A stretch of DNA of 64,000 nucleotides from an uncultured Gammaproteobacteria bacterium. Lineage in GTDB: Bacteria > Pseudomonadota > Gammaproteobacteria > SZUA-229. The notes under the pieces are model-generated. The model was given only the letters and a program-made list of their open reading frames with translations. It ran no database searches and was not told the origin of the DNA. How positions within the stretch are numbered: position 1 is the first letter of the stretch; every line of letters begins with the position of its first letter. Position numbers and translations under genes: made by a program. Location of the stretch: contig CAVWXQ010000005.1 in the NCBI GenBank assembly GCA_963759005.1, forward strand, positions 14,546 through 78,545. Direction: 5' to 3'. Shown here piece by piece: positions 48,550 to 57,329 of the stretch.

Positions 48550-49552
48550 TTAACGATATAGCACAATACGGTAATGCGCATTGCCGTTTCTTAATCGTGT
48601 GATCGCTTCATTTATGTTATCGAAGCTAAATTTTTCGATAACGGGTTTGATGTCGTGGAGTCGGGCAAACTCAAGCATTTTAGTAATTGTGGCAGGACTG
48701 CCTACCGGGGAGCCAGAGATAGAACGTTGATTCATAATGAGTGAAAACACATTGATATCCAGCGGTTCTAATGTCGCACCAACAAAATGTAATCGCCCGC
48801 GAGCATGCAGCGTGCTGAGATACAAGTTCCAGTCCAGCTTAACGTTGACCGTAGAAATAATCAGATCAAAGCTGCCGACTGCCGCTTCTATGTCATTCTG
48901 ATCGCGGGAATTTAATGTATGGTGAGCGCCCAGATTCAAGCGCTTCATTTTTTTTCGCTTCACTGGAAGTAAAAGCCGTCACTTCACAACCCCATGCTTT
49001 AAGAAACTGCAGCGCCATGTGGCCAAGACCGCCGATGCCAATAACCGCCACTTTGTCTGTAGGTTTGATATCAAACTGAACCAGGGGATTAAACACAGTG
49101 ATGCCACCGCAAAACAGCGGGCCGGCAGATTCCAGATCCATACCTTCTGGAATCGGCACCACACTATTTGCCTGCGCGCGCACCTTGTCGGCAAAACCCC
49201 CATGATGACCAAGGATAGTGGGCTGTGAAGTAGCGCAAAGGTTATGGTCACCGCTGCGACAAAGCGCGCACTCGTTGCAGTAACCTGCATGCCAGCCCAG
49301 CCCCACGACCTGACCCATAGTGAAATGTTTAACCTGGTCACCGATTTTAGCAATCTTGCCGACTACTTCATGCCCGGGCACAACAGGGTACTGGGTCATG
49401 CCCCAGTCATTATCAATAACACTCAAATCACTGTGACAAATACCCGAGTAGAGAACATCAATCTCAACCTCATTATCTTTTAATTCACCCGGATCATACT
49501 CAAAGGGTTTAAGCGTACCCTTAGGTTCAAACGCTGCAAAGGCTTTTATCAT
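48550..49552 (-). pseudogene. Zn-dependent NADP alcohol dehydrogenase (YahK/cinnamyl-ADH-like) with frameshift near 48965
   Basis: ORF 48893..49552 carries the GHEVVGKI Zn site and GIGGLGHMA Rossmann. The C-terminal 110 aa (LGAHHTLNSRDQND...) continue in the +1 frame (ORF 48550..48963). Confidence 0.6.
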
Positions 49553-49954
49553 GATTAATTTCCTCCTGATAGGGATTGATCGTTAATTGTTGATAGTAAA
49601 TGGTGGTCTGTCTTCTCTAACGGGTCTAAATATTACACCCAATAGGCTAGCGAAAGATATCAATGTTGATCAACCATGGTCTGCAGACAGACAAAAAAAG
49701 GACGATATAACGTACAAGGTGAGATTATTATTTAACAACATACAGTATTTGATCAATATGTAATTTCTCTGAATCACCCCGCATTTTGTAGCACCTAAGG
49801 AAGCTCTGCTTTAGTTGATTAGAGTCTGGCACTGAACACCGATCCCCTTCACTCCTCCAGTGTTACTGTTAAAGTTATTATATAGAATGTGACTTATGTT
49901 CTTCACTGGAGTCTAATTGTAAGAATAAATATTAATAATATTGATATCACTGCT

Positions 49955-50095
49955 GTCCCGTTAACTGCCAGAGACATGAATTGGGCATATCCAGCAATGA
50001 CCATCACCCGCATGGATGCGGGTGTTGAGTCACCATGGATGGTTTCACGGCGCGTCATTGCTGGGTGTGACGGATTCATGTCTCGATTGTAACTA
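49955..50095 (+). repeat. Repeat family 4 copy 1 (approx. 140 bp, imperfect TIR GTTAACTGCCAGAGACATGAAT / ATTCATGTCTCGATTGTAAC, internal hairpin CACCCGCA-tgga-TGCGGGTG)
   Basis: A conserved approx. 75-nt block is shared with 53290..53400. It is about 130 nt upstream of the ompA-lipoprotein gene. Confidence 0.5.
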
Positions 50096-50223
50096 ATGCT
50101 GGTTTTGTTAGATGTATCAACATACGCAGGCACTGATAATAAAGTTAACGGGACAGTAGTGTATTGATATATGTCTTAACTACTTTTTTATTGACAAGTA
50201 TTATAAAATCTTAAATTTGGGGA

Positions 50224-51630
50224 ATGATAATGAAAATCATAACAAACTTGTTAAAGCTAAATCTGCTAGCCGCAATTATCGTTCTGGGTGGCTGCGCGTC
50301 ATCACAACCTAAATTAACGCAGGAACAGGTTCTGGAGCTGTATCCACAGGTCACGCAACTCGATTCAGCCGTTAAAAATTCGAAATCCAAAGGGGCAGAA
50401 TTATTTGCACCTGAAAGCTATGCCAGGGCCAGTGATTCACTGGATAGTGCAATGGATGCTGCGCATAATAATGAACAGGATAATGCAAGTAAAGCAGCTG
50501 CTGAAGGCTTGAAGACCATTGATAAGCTAAATAGCGATACACAAAAGAGTCGTGAAATACTGAGCGAAGTAGTAGATGCTCGTCAACGCGCAATTTCTGC
50601 TGGCGTCGTTTCACTGCAGGGCGATAAACTCGCTGAGATGGACAAGAAGCTTAAAAAGGCCTCAGCGTTGATTGAAAACGGCAAAATTGAGGACGCGAAA
50701 CAGCTCCGACCTGAACTTATCGAAGGTTACACAAAACTTGAACTTGCAACCTTGAAAATGGGTACCGCAGAAAAAGCCAAATCCGCTATAGCGGATGCTA
50801 AAAACCATGACGCGAAAAAATATGCGCCAAAAACACTTGCCGAGGCTGAAGAAACATTGGCATTAGCTGAAAGTATCCTTGAGGCCGACCGAACACAAAC
50901 CGACAAGGCAAATGTCCAGGCAATAAAAGCACAATGGCTGGCTGAAAAAAGTTCGTCTATCACCGAAACAGTCAAAGACTTTGAACGTCGCGATTACTCC
51001 ACGGAAGATATAGTGCTTTGGTATCAACAGCAGCTGAACACAATTAATGAACCTATTGGTGGGCCACTCCCGTTCAATAAAGCCAATGACGATATGGTGC
51101 AATCATTTAAAAAAACTGTAAAACAGCTTAAGTCTGCCGAAGTTGAATATAGTGAGCAGTTAGCATTAACAGAAATAGAACGCACAGCCATACTACAAAA
51201 GGAAACTGCAAGAAAAGAAAAATTTGAAGAAGTACAGGCTATGTTTACGGCAAAAGAAGCAAACGTATATCGTCAACGACAAAATGTTTTGATCTCTGCA
51301 CATGGATTCCAGTTTCCTTCTGGAAAAAGTGAAATTCAGACTGACAACTTCCCACTGATGAATAAAATAATACGTGCGATAAAGATTTTCCCTAATTCAC
51401 GTATTGAGATTACCGGGCACACTGACTCAACAGGATCTGACAACATTAACCAGTCAGTCTCACAAGCACGAGCCGAGAATGTCGGTAAATTTTTGATTGA
51501 AGTTGGTGAGTTATCAAAGAGCCGCATCAAAACCGCGGGATATGGAGAAAGCAGACCAGTAGCCACCAATAAAACGGAAAAGGGCCGTGCTGAAAACCGT
51601 CGTGTTGAAATTAATATTATTAACGAATAA
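50224..51630 (+). CDS. OmpA-family lipoprotein with long N-terminal helical (DUF4398-like) region
   Basis: Lipobox VLGGC. C-terminal OmpA domain (ITGHTDSTGS...NQSVSQARAENV...RRVEI). Confidence 0.75.
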   Translation: MIMKIITNLLKLNLLAAIIVLGGCASSQPKLTQEQVLELYPQVTQLDSAVKNSKSKGAELFAPESYARASDSLDSAMDAAHNNEQDNASKAAAEGLKTIDKLNSDTQKSREILSEVVDARQRAISAGVVSLQGDKLAEMDKKLKKASALIENGKIEDAKQLRPELIEGYTKLELATLKMGTAEKAKSAIADAKNHDAKKYAPKTLAEAEETLALAESILEADRTQTDKANVQAIKAQWLAEKSSSITETVKDFERRDYSTEDIVLWYQQQLNTINEPIGGPLPFNKANDDMVQSFKKTVKQLKSAEVEYSEQLALTEIERTAILQKETARKEKFEEVQAMFTAKEANVYRQRQNVLISAHGFQFPSGKSEIQTDNFPLMNKIIRAIKIFPNSRIEITGHTDSTGSDNINQSVSQARAENVGKFLIEVGELSKSRIKTAGYGESRPVATNKTEKGRAENRRVEINIINE

Positions 51631-52094
51631 TTCGCTTTATCGCTAACTTTTTTTTCTAGAGCTATCATGACATGGATGTTTAGATAGAATTATCCTGGGG
51701 CAGAGTTCACTGCTAAGCCTGGCGAAACCTACGGCATAAGGATCCGTCGCTAGTCAGTCCGGGGAGCGCAATACCTGGTTTGGTATCGTCTAATGGTAAA
51801 CGGCAGTTTACCGGTGATAAATCAAAACTGGTTAAGTGCCAGGCCTTCATCAAGCATGAGCTTGTATCGACAGCGCACGAAGTAGAGTGATAGCATGTCC
51901 ACACTCCTTTTGATTATCCTGCAATACAAAACCAAACGATAAAATAAACAGCATGTATTCTTCATTTGTTCATTCTACTTAGAGTATATAAAATGCTGAG
52001 TATACCACCATCTTCTACATCGGGATGCGGTTGCTTAAGTGAGCAGCGCCTTTCTGATTAGTGTAACCGTAAATCACGTAAGCAGTGCGTTAGA

Positions 52095-52493
52095 TCAGGC
52101 ATGATCCGATTGACTATACATATCTTTAAGCTGCAATATCACTGCGCCGAGTCCTGACAGCAGCAGCGCAAATATAAGCAAAGCTCCAATCACTGGAATA
52201 TTCTTTAATAGTCCCAGCACAAGAATGACTAAAGCAACAGAAATAAATCTTCGACCGGTCGATGAAACATCCTTATTGAAGCGCCTTGCTAGCCAGTCGC
52301 CAACAAAGAAACAGGAAACCAGAAAACCGATTAGTAATGCCACGAAATAAAGCGCCATAATACTCAGGCCAATCCATATACCCAGAACAAGTGCCATTAA
52401 TAATGATGCGGTTATGGGCGCGATGATGAGTACCAGGAAACCTGCACCAAGACTTTTCAGTGGCTCGACTGAAATCCTGTCAGCTGTTGACAT
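52095..52493 (-). CDS. Small 4-TM membrane protein, operonic with the bactofilin-like gene
   Basis: Hydrophobic. A 14-nt overlap links it to the upstream gene. Confidence 0.4.
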   Translation of the reverse strand: MSTADRISVEPLKSLGAGFLVLIIAPITASLLMALVLGIWIGLSIMALYFVALLIGFLVSCFFVGDWLARRFNKDVSSTGRRFISVALVILVLGLLKNIPVIGALLIFALLLSGLGAVILQLKDMYSQSDHA

Positions 52494-53193
52494 GGTGAAT
52501 CCAGGGAAAAGCTATATACAGGACAAAACTGGCAACGATCATGGTGATAATAAAGAAAATGCCAGCGCCTCTGTGAGAGCGATCCCACTCGACCTGCTCG
52601 TAAGTAACATTGCCCGTTATTTTGGCAGCAGAATGTATATTCGCTTCATTGGGGCTTCTGTAATGTAAATCCCCATCGATAATGGCTCCTTCGAGGATTT
52701 GTATCTCTCCACCTTCGAGTCTCACATTGCCATGAATCGTACCGGATAGTCGAATGCTACCGGCACCTATAACCAGGTCTTTGTTAACCGTTCCGGCGAC
52801 ACGTACATCACCGCCAGCCAGCCATACCTCGCCGCCAATAGTTGAACCTGCAGAAACGTTAATTCGTCCGCCACTTGCGATAAGATCATCACCAATATTG
52901 GCATCGATTGAAATATCCCCGCCGGCGGTACGAACATCATCCTGAATGTCTCCACGTAGCTGAACCGAGCCACCAGCGGCAATAACATCTCCTTTGATAT
53001 GATGCCCGATAAACAATTCCCCGCCGGCAATTACTGCATCACCTGAAATGACAGCATTAATATCAACAGTACCACCCGCAGCGTAATAATCATCGTTGAC
53101 AGTACCGAGTCGTGTTACCGTCTCACCACTTTCTGGCATAGAGAAGCTAAGCAAAGGAAATAGAAGCATCAACGACAGAAGACAAGATTGCAA
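52480..53193 (-). CDS. Bactofilin-like (DUF583/CcmA, beta-helical polymer-forming) protein with signal peptide
   Basis: Repeated G.V.G.V..GG...V.G hexad pattern across about 150 aa. Confidence 0.55.
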   Translation of the reverse strand: MQSCLLSLMLLFPLLSFSMPESGETVTRLGTVNDDYYAAGGTVDINAVISGDAVIAGGELFIGHHIKGDVIAAGGSVQLRGDIQDDVRTAGGDISIDANIGDDLIASGGRINVSAGSTIGGEVWLAGGDVRVAGTVNKDLVIGAGSIRLSGTIHGNVRLEGGEIQILEGAIIDGDLHYRSPNEANIHSAAKITGNVTYEQVEWDRSHRGAGIFFIITMIVASFVLYIAFPWIHHVNS

Positions 53194-53289
53194 AACTATT
53201 TTTCCGTCTGTTCATGTTTAGTTACCTTTTAAGTACTTTTTAAGTACTTTAATGTGAATTACTAATTTCTGCTCAATATTTTTAAATAA

Positions 53290-53400
53290 ATCCTCACTGC
53301 AGTCCCGTTAACTGAGAGACATGAATCGGACAGATTTATCAACGATCATCACCCGTACGCAGGCCTTGAGCCGCTATGGGTGACAGGTAATCTCTTGTTA
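53290..53400 (+). repeat. Repeat family 4 copy 2 (conserved 5' block TCACTGCAGTCCCGTTAACTGAGAGACATGAATCGG...CATCACCCG, divergent 3' part)
   Basis: About 85% identical to 49940-50010 over the first 75 nt. Confidence 0.45.
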
Positions 53401-53529
53401 TGACAAAACCTTAATAGAACTCATCTTAAGCAATTTCTAGCTTAAGACTACACCTTAACGGGTAATAATTCTGTTGATATTAACGTAGATAGTTTTTCAA
53501 TTGTCACCACCCCTAAAGATCACTACAAA

Positions 53530-53823
53530 TTAGACGCAACCCGTTGGTTTAGGTAAACCGCCATATTTTGTTATTGGCTTCATCGGACCGCTCATCCACA
53601 TTTTGAATATTTCCTTCTGATCGATGCCAATATACTTGGCGAATTTGCGGATAGGAGGAACCACTGCGTTATCTTCATAGTATTCCCTTGCTTTGACTAT
53701 CTGATCCCATTTGGCTTCGTCGAGTTCTACCCCGTCGCTCTCTGCCATAGCGCGACCTATTTCAGGCGTCCATTCGTTCATGTCGACCAGATAACCGTCA
53801 CCATCGCGTTTAATTTCTAGCAT
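53530..53823 (-). CDS. TusE/DsrC-family protein, paralog (approx. 85% aa identity) of 43138..43431
   Basis: Same length and the same C-terminus GGLPKPTGCV. About 80 bp of upstream sequence is also conserved between the two copies. Confidence 0.75.
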   Translation of the reverse strand: MLEIKRDGDGYLVDMNEWTPEIGRAMAESDGVELDEAKWDQIVKAREYYEDNAVVPPIRKFAKYIGIDQKEIFKMWMSGPMKPITKYGGLPKPTGCV

Positions 53824-54045
53824 TTATATTGCCTCGTCAAGTCGTTAAAATTAATTGTACTGTCTGTTTATATGGTGACGAATGACTATAAATCAAGGTG
53901 TTATCGTATATTGTAGAAAACGGCCTGAAGAAAAGCAGAGACAAGGATCCTCCTCTTTGTTGCCTGTTTACAAAATACCAAATGGTTCAATCCGCTCCGG
54001 CTCTAAAACTAATACTTTTCCACGTCCTCGTCGTTAGCACTCGAA

Positions 54046-55098
54046 TTAAGGACTCGGATTAGCGTGTGCATTATGAATTTCTTCGATCGCAGATAACACC
54101 TCATCCGATAAAGCCAAATTGATGCTATCAATATTACTGCGTAACTGTTGCATGGTAGTTGCACCAATAATAGTACTGGTCAAAAACGGCCTGCTGTTGA
54201 CATAAGCAAGCGCCATCTGCGCTGGCTCCAGACCATGGCTTCGCGCCAGTGCTACATAAGCCTCGGTAGCCGCCACCGCTGCGGGACAACTGTAACGGGT
54301 ATATTCCGGAAACAGTGACAGGCGAGAACCATCAGGTAAAGCACCATCGAGGTATTTGCCCGAGAGCACACCAAAACCCAGTGGCGAATACGCCAGCAGT
54401 CCCACCTGCTCACGCCAGGAGATTTCCGCCAGACCAACCTCATAGCTGCGGTTCAGCAGACAATAAGGGTTCTGCACACTAACAATACGCGGCAACCCCG
54501 CCTGCTCGGCATAATGCAGAAACTGCATCACCCCCCAGGGGGTTTCGTTCGATAAACCGATATGGCGGATTTTACCGGCCTTCACCTGCTCAGCCAACGC
54601 TTCCAGAGTTTCCAGAAGCGGGGTAATGTGCTCTTCTGAGGGTTTTTCAAAACCAAGCTTGCCAAAAAAATTAGCCTCACGTTGCGGCCAGTGTAATTGA
54701 TACAGATCGAGATAATCAGTCTGCATGCGTTTAAGACTGGCATCCAGCGCCAGAGCAATATCACCCCGAACATAACGGGTGGCGCCACCACGAATATGCG
54801 GTATCCAGTCTTCTCCGGGCCCGGCAATTTTGCTGGTCAGTACAAGCTGTTCACGTGCCCCCCGTGCCTGCAACCATTCGCCGATAATTTCCTCGGTTCG
54901 CCCGTATGTCTCAGTCCGTGGCGGTATGGCATAAAGCTCTGCCGTATCAATAAAATTCACGCCCTGTAATAGTGCATAATCCATTTGTTCAAACGCCTGC
55001 TCTCGCGTGTTCTGCTGGCCCCAGGTCATGCTGCCAAGGCAGATGACACTTACATCAATTTCAGTATTACCAAGTTTGCGATATTTCATATTGCTCAC
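54046..55098 (-). CDS. Aldo/keto reductase (Tas-like, NADP-dependent)
   Basis: LGSMTWG, FIDTAELY, and HIGLSNETPWG motifs. Confidence 0.75.
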   Translation of the reverse strand: MSNMKYRKLGNTEIDVSVICLGSMTWGQQNTREQAFEQMDYALLQGVNFIDTAELYAIPPRTETYGRTEEIIGEWLQARGAREQLVLTSKIAGPGEDWIPHIRGGATRYVRGDIALALDASLKRMQTDYLDLYQLHWPQREANFFGKLGFEKPSEEHITPLLETLEALAEQVKAGKIRHIGLSNETPWGVMQFLHYAEQAGLPRIVSVQNPYCLLNRSYEVGLAEISWREQVGLLAYSPLGFGVLSGKYLDGALPDGSRLSLFPEYTRYSCPAAVAATEAYVALARSHGLEPAQMALAYVNSRPFLTSTIIGATTMQQLRSNIDSINLALSDEVLSAIEEIHNAHANPSP

Positions 55099-55238
55099 CT
55101 AAACGAACCCGAATTATTTTATTGTGTTTATGATCGTATATAAATTATGCCATATAATAATTATTTTAGAGAATTAGGTACTCTGCTCTCTTTTACGCTA
55201 TACAATCAACCGAGTGTCTGACAGCTTTTTCTCCACCA

Positions 55239-55997
55239 TTGATTTACAACCATGACTATCCCTTTTCTCATAATATGAAATCACTACCGATGGCAAAAAT
55301 ACTAATCAAATCATCCACTCTTTTCGCCCTGGCATCTTTGTCATTCATACCTGTCAGCTATGGCGAACCGGTTATGTCGTCAGCGGATAAGCCAGCAGCA
55401 GTTAAGCAAGAAATAGTCACCGTCGATGGCCGCGAAGTCATCCTTAATAGTGACGGCACCTGGAAATACCTTTCAACAGATCGCTACGTCAACACAAAAG
55501 ATGGTACCCGTGTACGCTTGAAAGATGATGGCAGTTGGCAATATATGGGCAACGCACCATTAACTTCAAAAGAACAAGTTCGAACTACCGATCTGGATAT
55601 AAAACTTCAGAAAGTGGTCATCGAAACATATAAAAAGAAAAGTCAAAAGAACACCAGTGTGAAAACACAAACGGTATTCCATGTGCACCTTGCATATTCA
55701 CCCCAGGCAAAAAGAAATATCAGTATCAAGAAAAGCGATATTTCACTAATTGAAGTAAAAGATAACAATGGAAAAAACTACCCGGTACTGTCGATTAAGC
55801 CAGGTTCCAAACAATTACAGGCCAACACAAACACCACAATAGTGGTACGCGCAGAAAAATCGCCATCAATCTGGAATAACGTTAAATCGATGGAAATAGT
55901 ATTTAAGACCGGGTTTCTGGGAATCGAAACACCGATTACATTAAGTCAGAACACAATTGATTTTGATGAAGAAAAAGTGGATGGTTTTGATTATTAA
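55239..55997 (+). CDS. Secreted hypothetical protein with two DGTWKY / DGSWQY repeats (DUF3157-like)
   Basis: Signal peptide. The LNSDGTWKY / LKDDGSWQY duplication. Confidence 0.4.
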   Translation: MIYNHDYPFSHNMKSLPMAKILIKSSTLFALASLSFIPVSYGEPVMSSADKPAAVKQEIVTVDGREVILNSDGTWKYLSTDRYVNTKDGTRVRLKDDGSWQYMGNAPLTSKEQVRTTDLDIKLQKVVIETYKKKSQKNTSVKTQTVFHVHLAYSPQAKRNISIKKSDISLIEVKDNNGKNYPVLSIKPGSKQLQANTNTTIVVRAEKSPSIWNNVKSMEIVFKTGFLGIETPITLSQNTIDFDEEKVDGFDY

Positions 55998-56048
55998 AAT
56001 GAATCTCTGATTAAATTGAGGCAAGATCACAGCGACCCTTATAATTTA

Positions 56049-57329
56049 TTATCTGAGTTCAAGATTAACCGACTTTATGTCTTTGCTACCGCCTTCTGCA
56101 TTTTCAAGATAGTGAAGTTCAATACTGTCTCCCGGTTTCTTGCCCATTATGGCCAATTTGAAGTCAGCAAAACTTTTTACTGTTTCATTATCAACACTTA
56201 TAACAACCATGCCTTTCACCAGGCCGGCATCTTTTGCGGCACTGTTATCTGAAAAACCCTTGATTACAACCAGTTTGCCTTCGGTTTGCAGGAGAGCACC
56301 GATAAGGCCAACAGGTTCAAGTGTCTGTTTTGCGGATAACACCAGAAAATCTGCCATATTTTCCGATATTGGCAAAAAGTCTTCAGAAACCAGGATTGAA
56401 AATTGCTTTACATCAATTCGTCGCTTTATACGGTTGGGAATACCCGAGCCATACGCTATATGGCCACTGCCTGCGAGAATGAGCATGCGTGACTCAGGAT
56501 TTTCCTCCAGATAGTGTGCCGCAGACTCGGCCATACTTTCATCCCATGTGAGCTGGCCACGCAGAAAATCCTTAAATTCACCTGGATAGTCCGGATGTGA
56601 ATCAAATATACTGCGAAGGCGTTTTTCGTACGCTTTGTCTGACCAGTCATAGCTCTGCGGTAGTTGTTTTTTAAGTTCTGCAGATAAATCATCGAAGCCT
56701 GAATGGCTCAGGGCACTGCTTAGTTCCCGTGAGGCATTAAGCGCAATAACAGGAATATTATGTGCACGTGCATACTGCATTATTGGTTGATAAAGTCGGT
56801 AATCGAATCGCCAGCGCTCGAAATAACCGGTCAGGTGAAGCATTTCCTGTTCAGACATTTCACCTGCAACATAAGCATCCAGATGTTTTTGAAATGGCTG
56901 CTGGAACCATTCAACGCCGATAGCAAGCTTTGGTGATTTCTGATATAACAGCTTTAATATTTCCAGCTGAACCAGGTGATGGTCCAATCTCGTGTGCGTT
57001 TCCCCTACCAGTACTACCCGGGCAGCATTAATTTGCTGTATTGTCTGTGCCAGCGTATCGGTCTGCTCCAGTTTTACAACAGGCAGGTTTTTAACTGCGT
57101 TTGTATCAATGTTCGTGGTGGCATTAGTGGCGGCGTTACTGACGGGGCTACTGACGGCATTAGTTGTGCTATTGGTATCGAGGTTTTCTATGTTTGACAA
57201 GGCAAACACAGTATGACTGAAACAAAAAACAAACACGGTTATAGCCAGCAGCAGTGAGACACTAACAGCTGTCTGGCTTATTTGAGGTTGAATATGATGA
57301 TTAACAGTTTCTATTTTGCACGGCGTCAT
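56049..57329 (-). CDS. ChaN/Tiki-superfamily (haem-binding uptake-like) protein fused to a C-terminal PDZ domain; N-terminal TM/signal
   Basis: VVLVGETHTRLDHH..., later ILAGSGH (ChaN motifs). C-terminal GLVKGMVVISVDNETV...GDSIELHY is a PDZ domain. Confidence 0.55.
   Translation of the reverse strand: MTPCKIETVNHHIQPQISQTAVSVSLLLAITVFVFCFSHTVFALSNIENLDTNSTTNAVSSPVSNAATNATTNIDTNAVKNLPVVKLEQTDTLAQTIQQINAARVVLVGETHTRLDHHLVQLEILKLLYQKSPKLAIGVEWFQQPFQKHLDAYVAGEMSEQEMLHLTGYFERWRFDYRLYQPIMQYARAHNIPVIALNASRELSSALSHSGFDDLSAELKKQLPQSYDWSDKAYEKRLRSIFDSHPDYPGEFKDFLRGQLTWDESMAESAAHYLEENPESRMLILAGSGHIAYGSGIPNRIKRRIDVKQFSILVSEDFLPISENMADFLVLSAKQTLEPVGLIGALLQTEGKLVVIKGFSDNSAAKDAGLVKGMVVISVDNETVKSFADFKLAIMGKKPGDSIELHYLENAEGGSKDIKSVNLELR

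Noticed and set aside
51650-52095. 450-bp convergent intergenic region, inspected for a small RNA (tmRNA, 6S, RNase P, riboswitch)
   Set aside because: There is no match to any consensus I can recall, only short local hairpins. It is left unannotated.
49955-53400. Repeat family 4 interpreted as a TPP, c-di-GMP or other known riboswitch
   Set aside because: The conserved block lacks the defining motifs of those classes (no CTGAGA/ACCCTTTGAACCTGATC for TPP, for example). It is kept only as an unclassified repeat.
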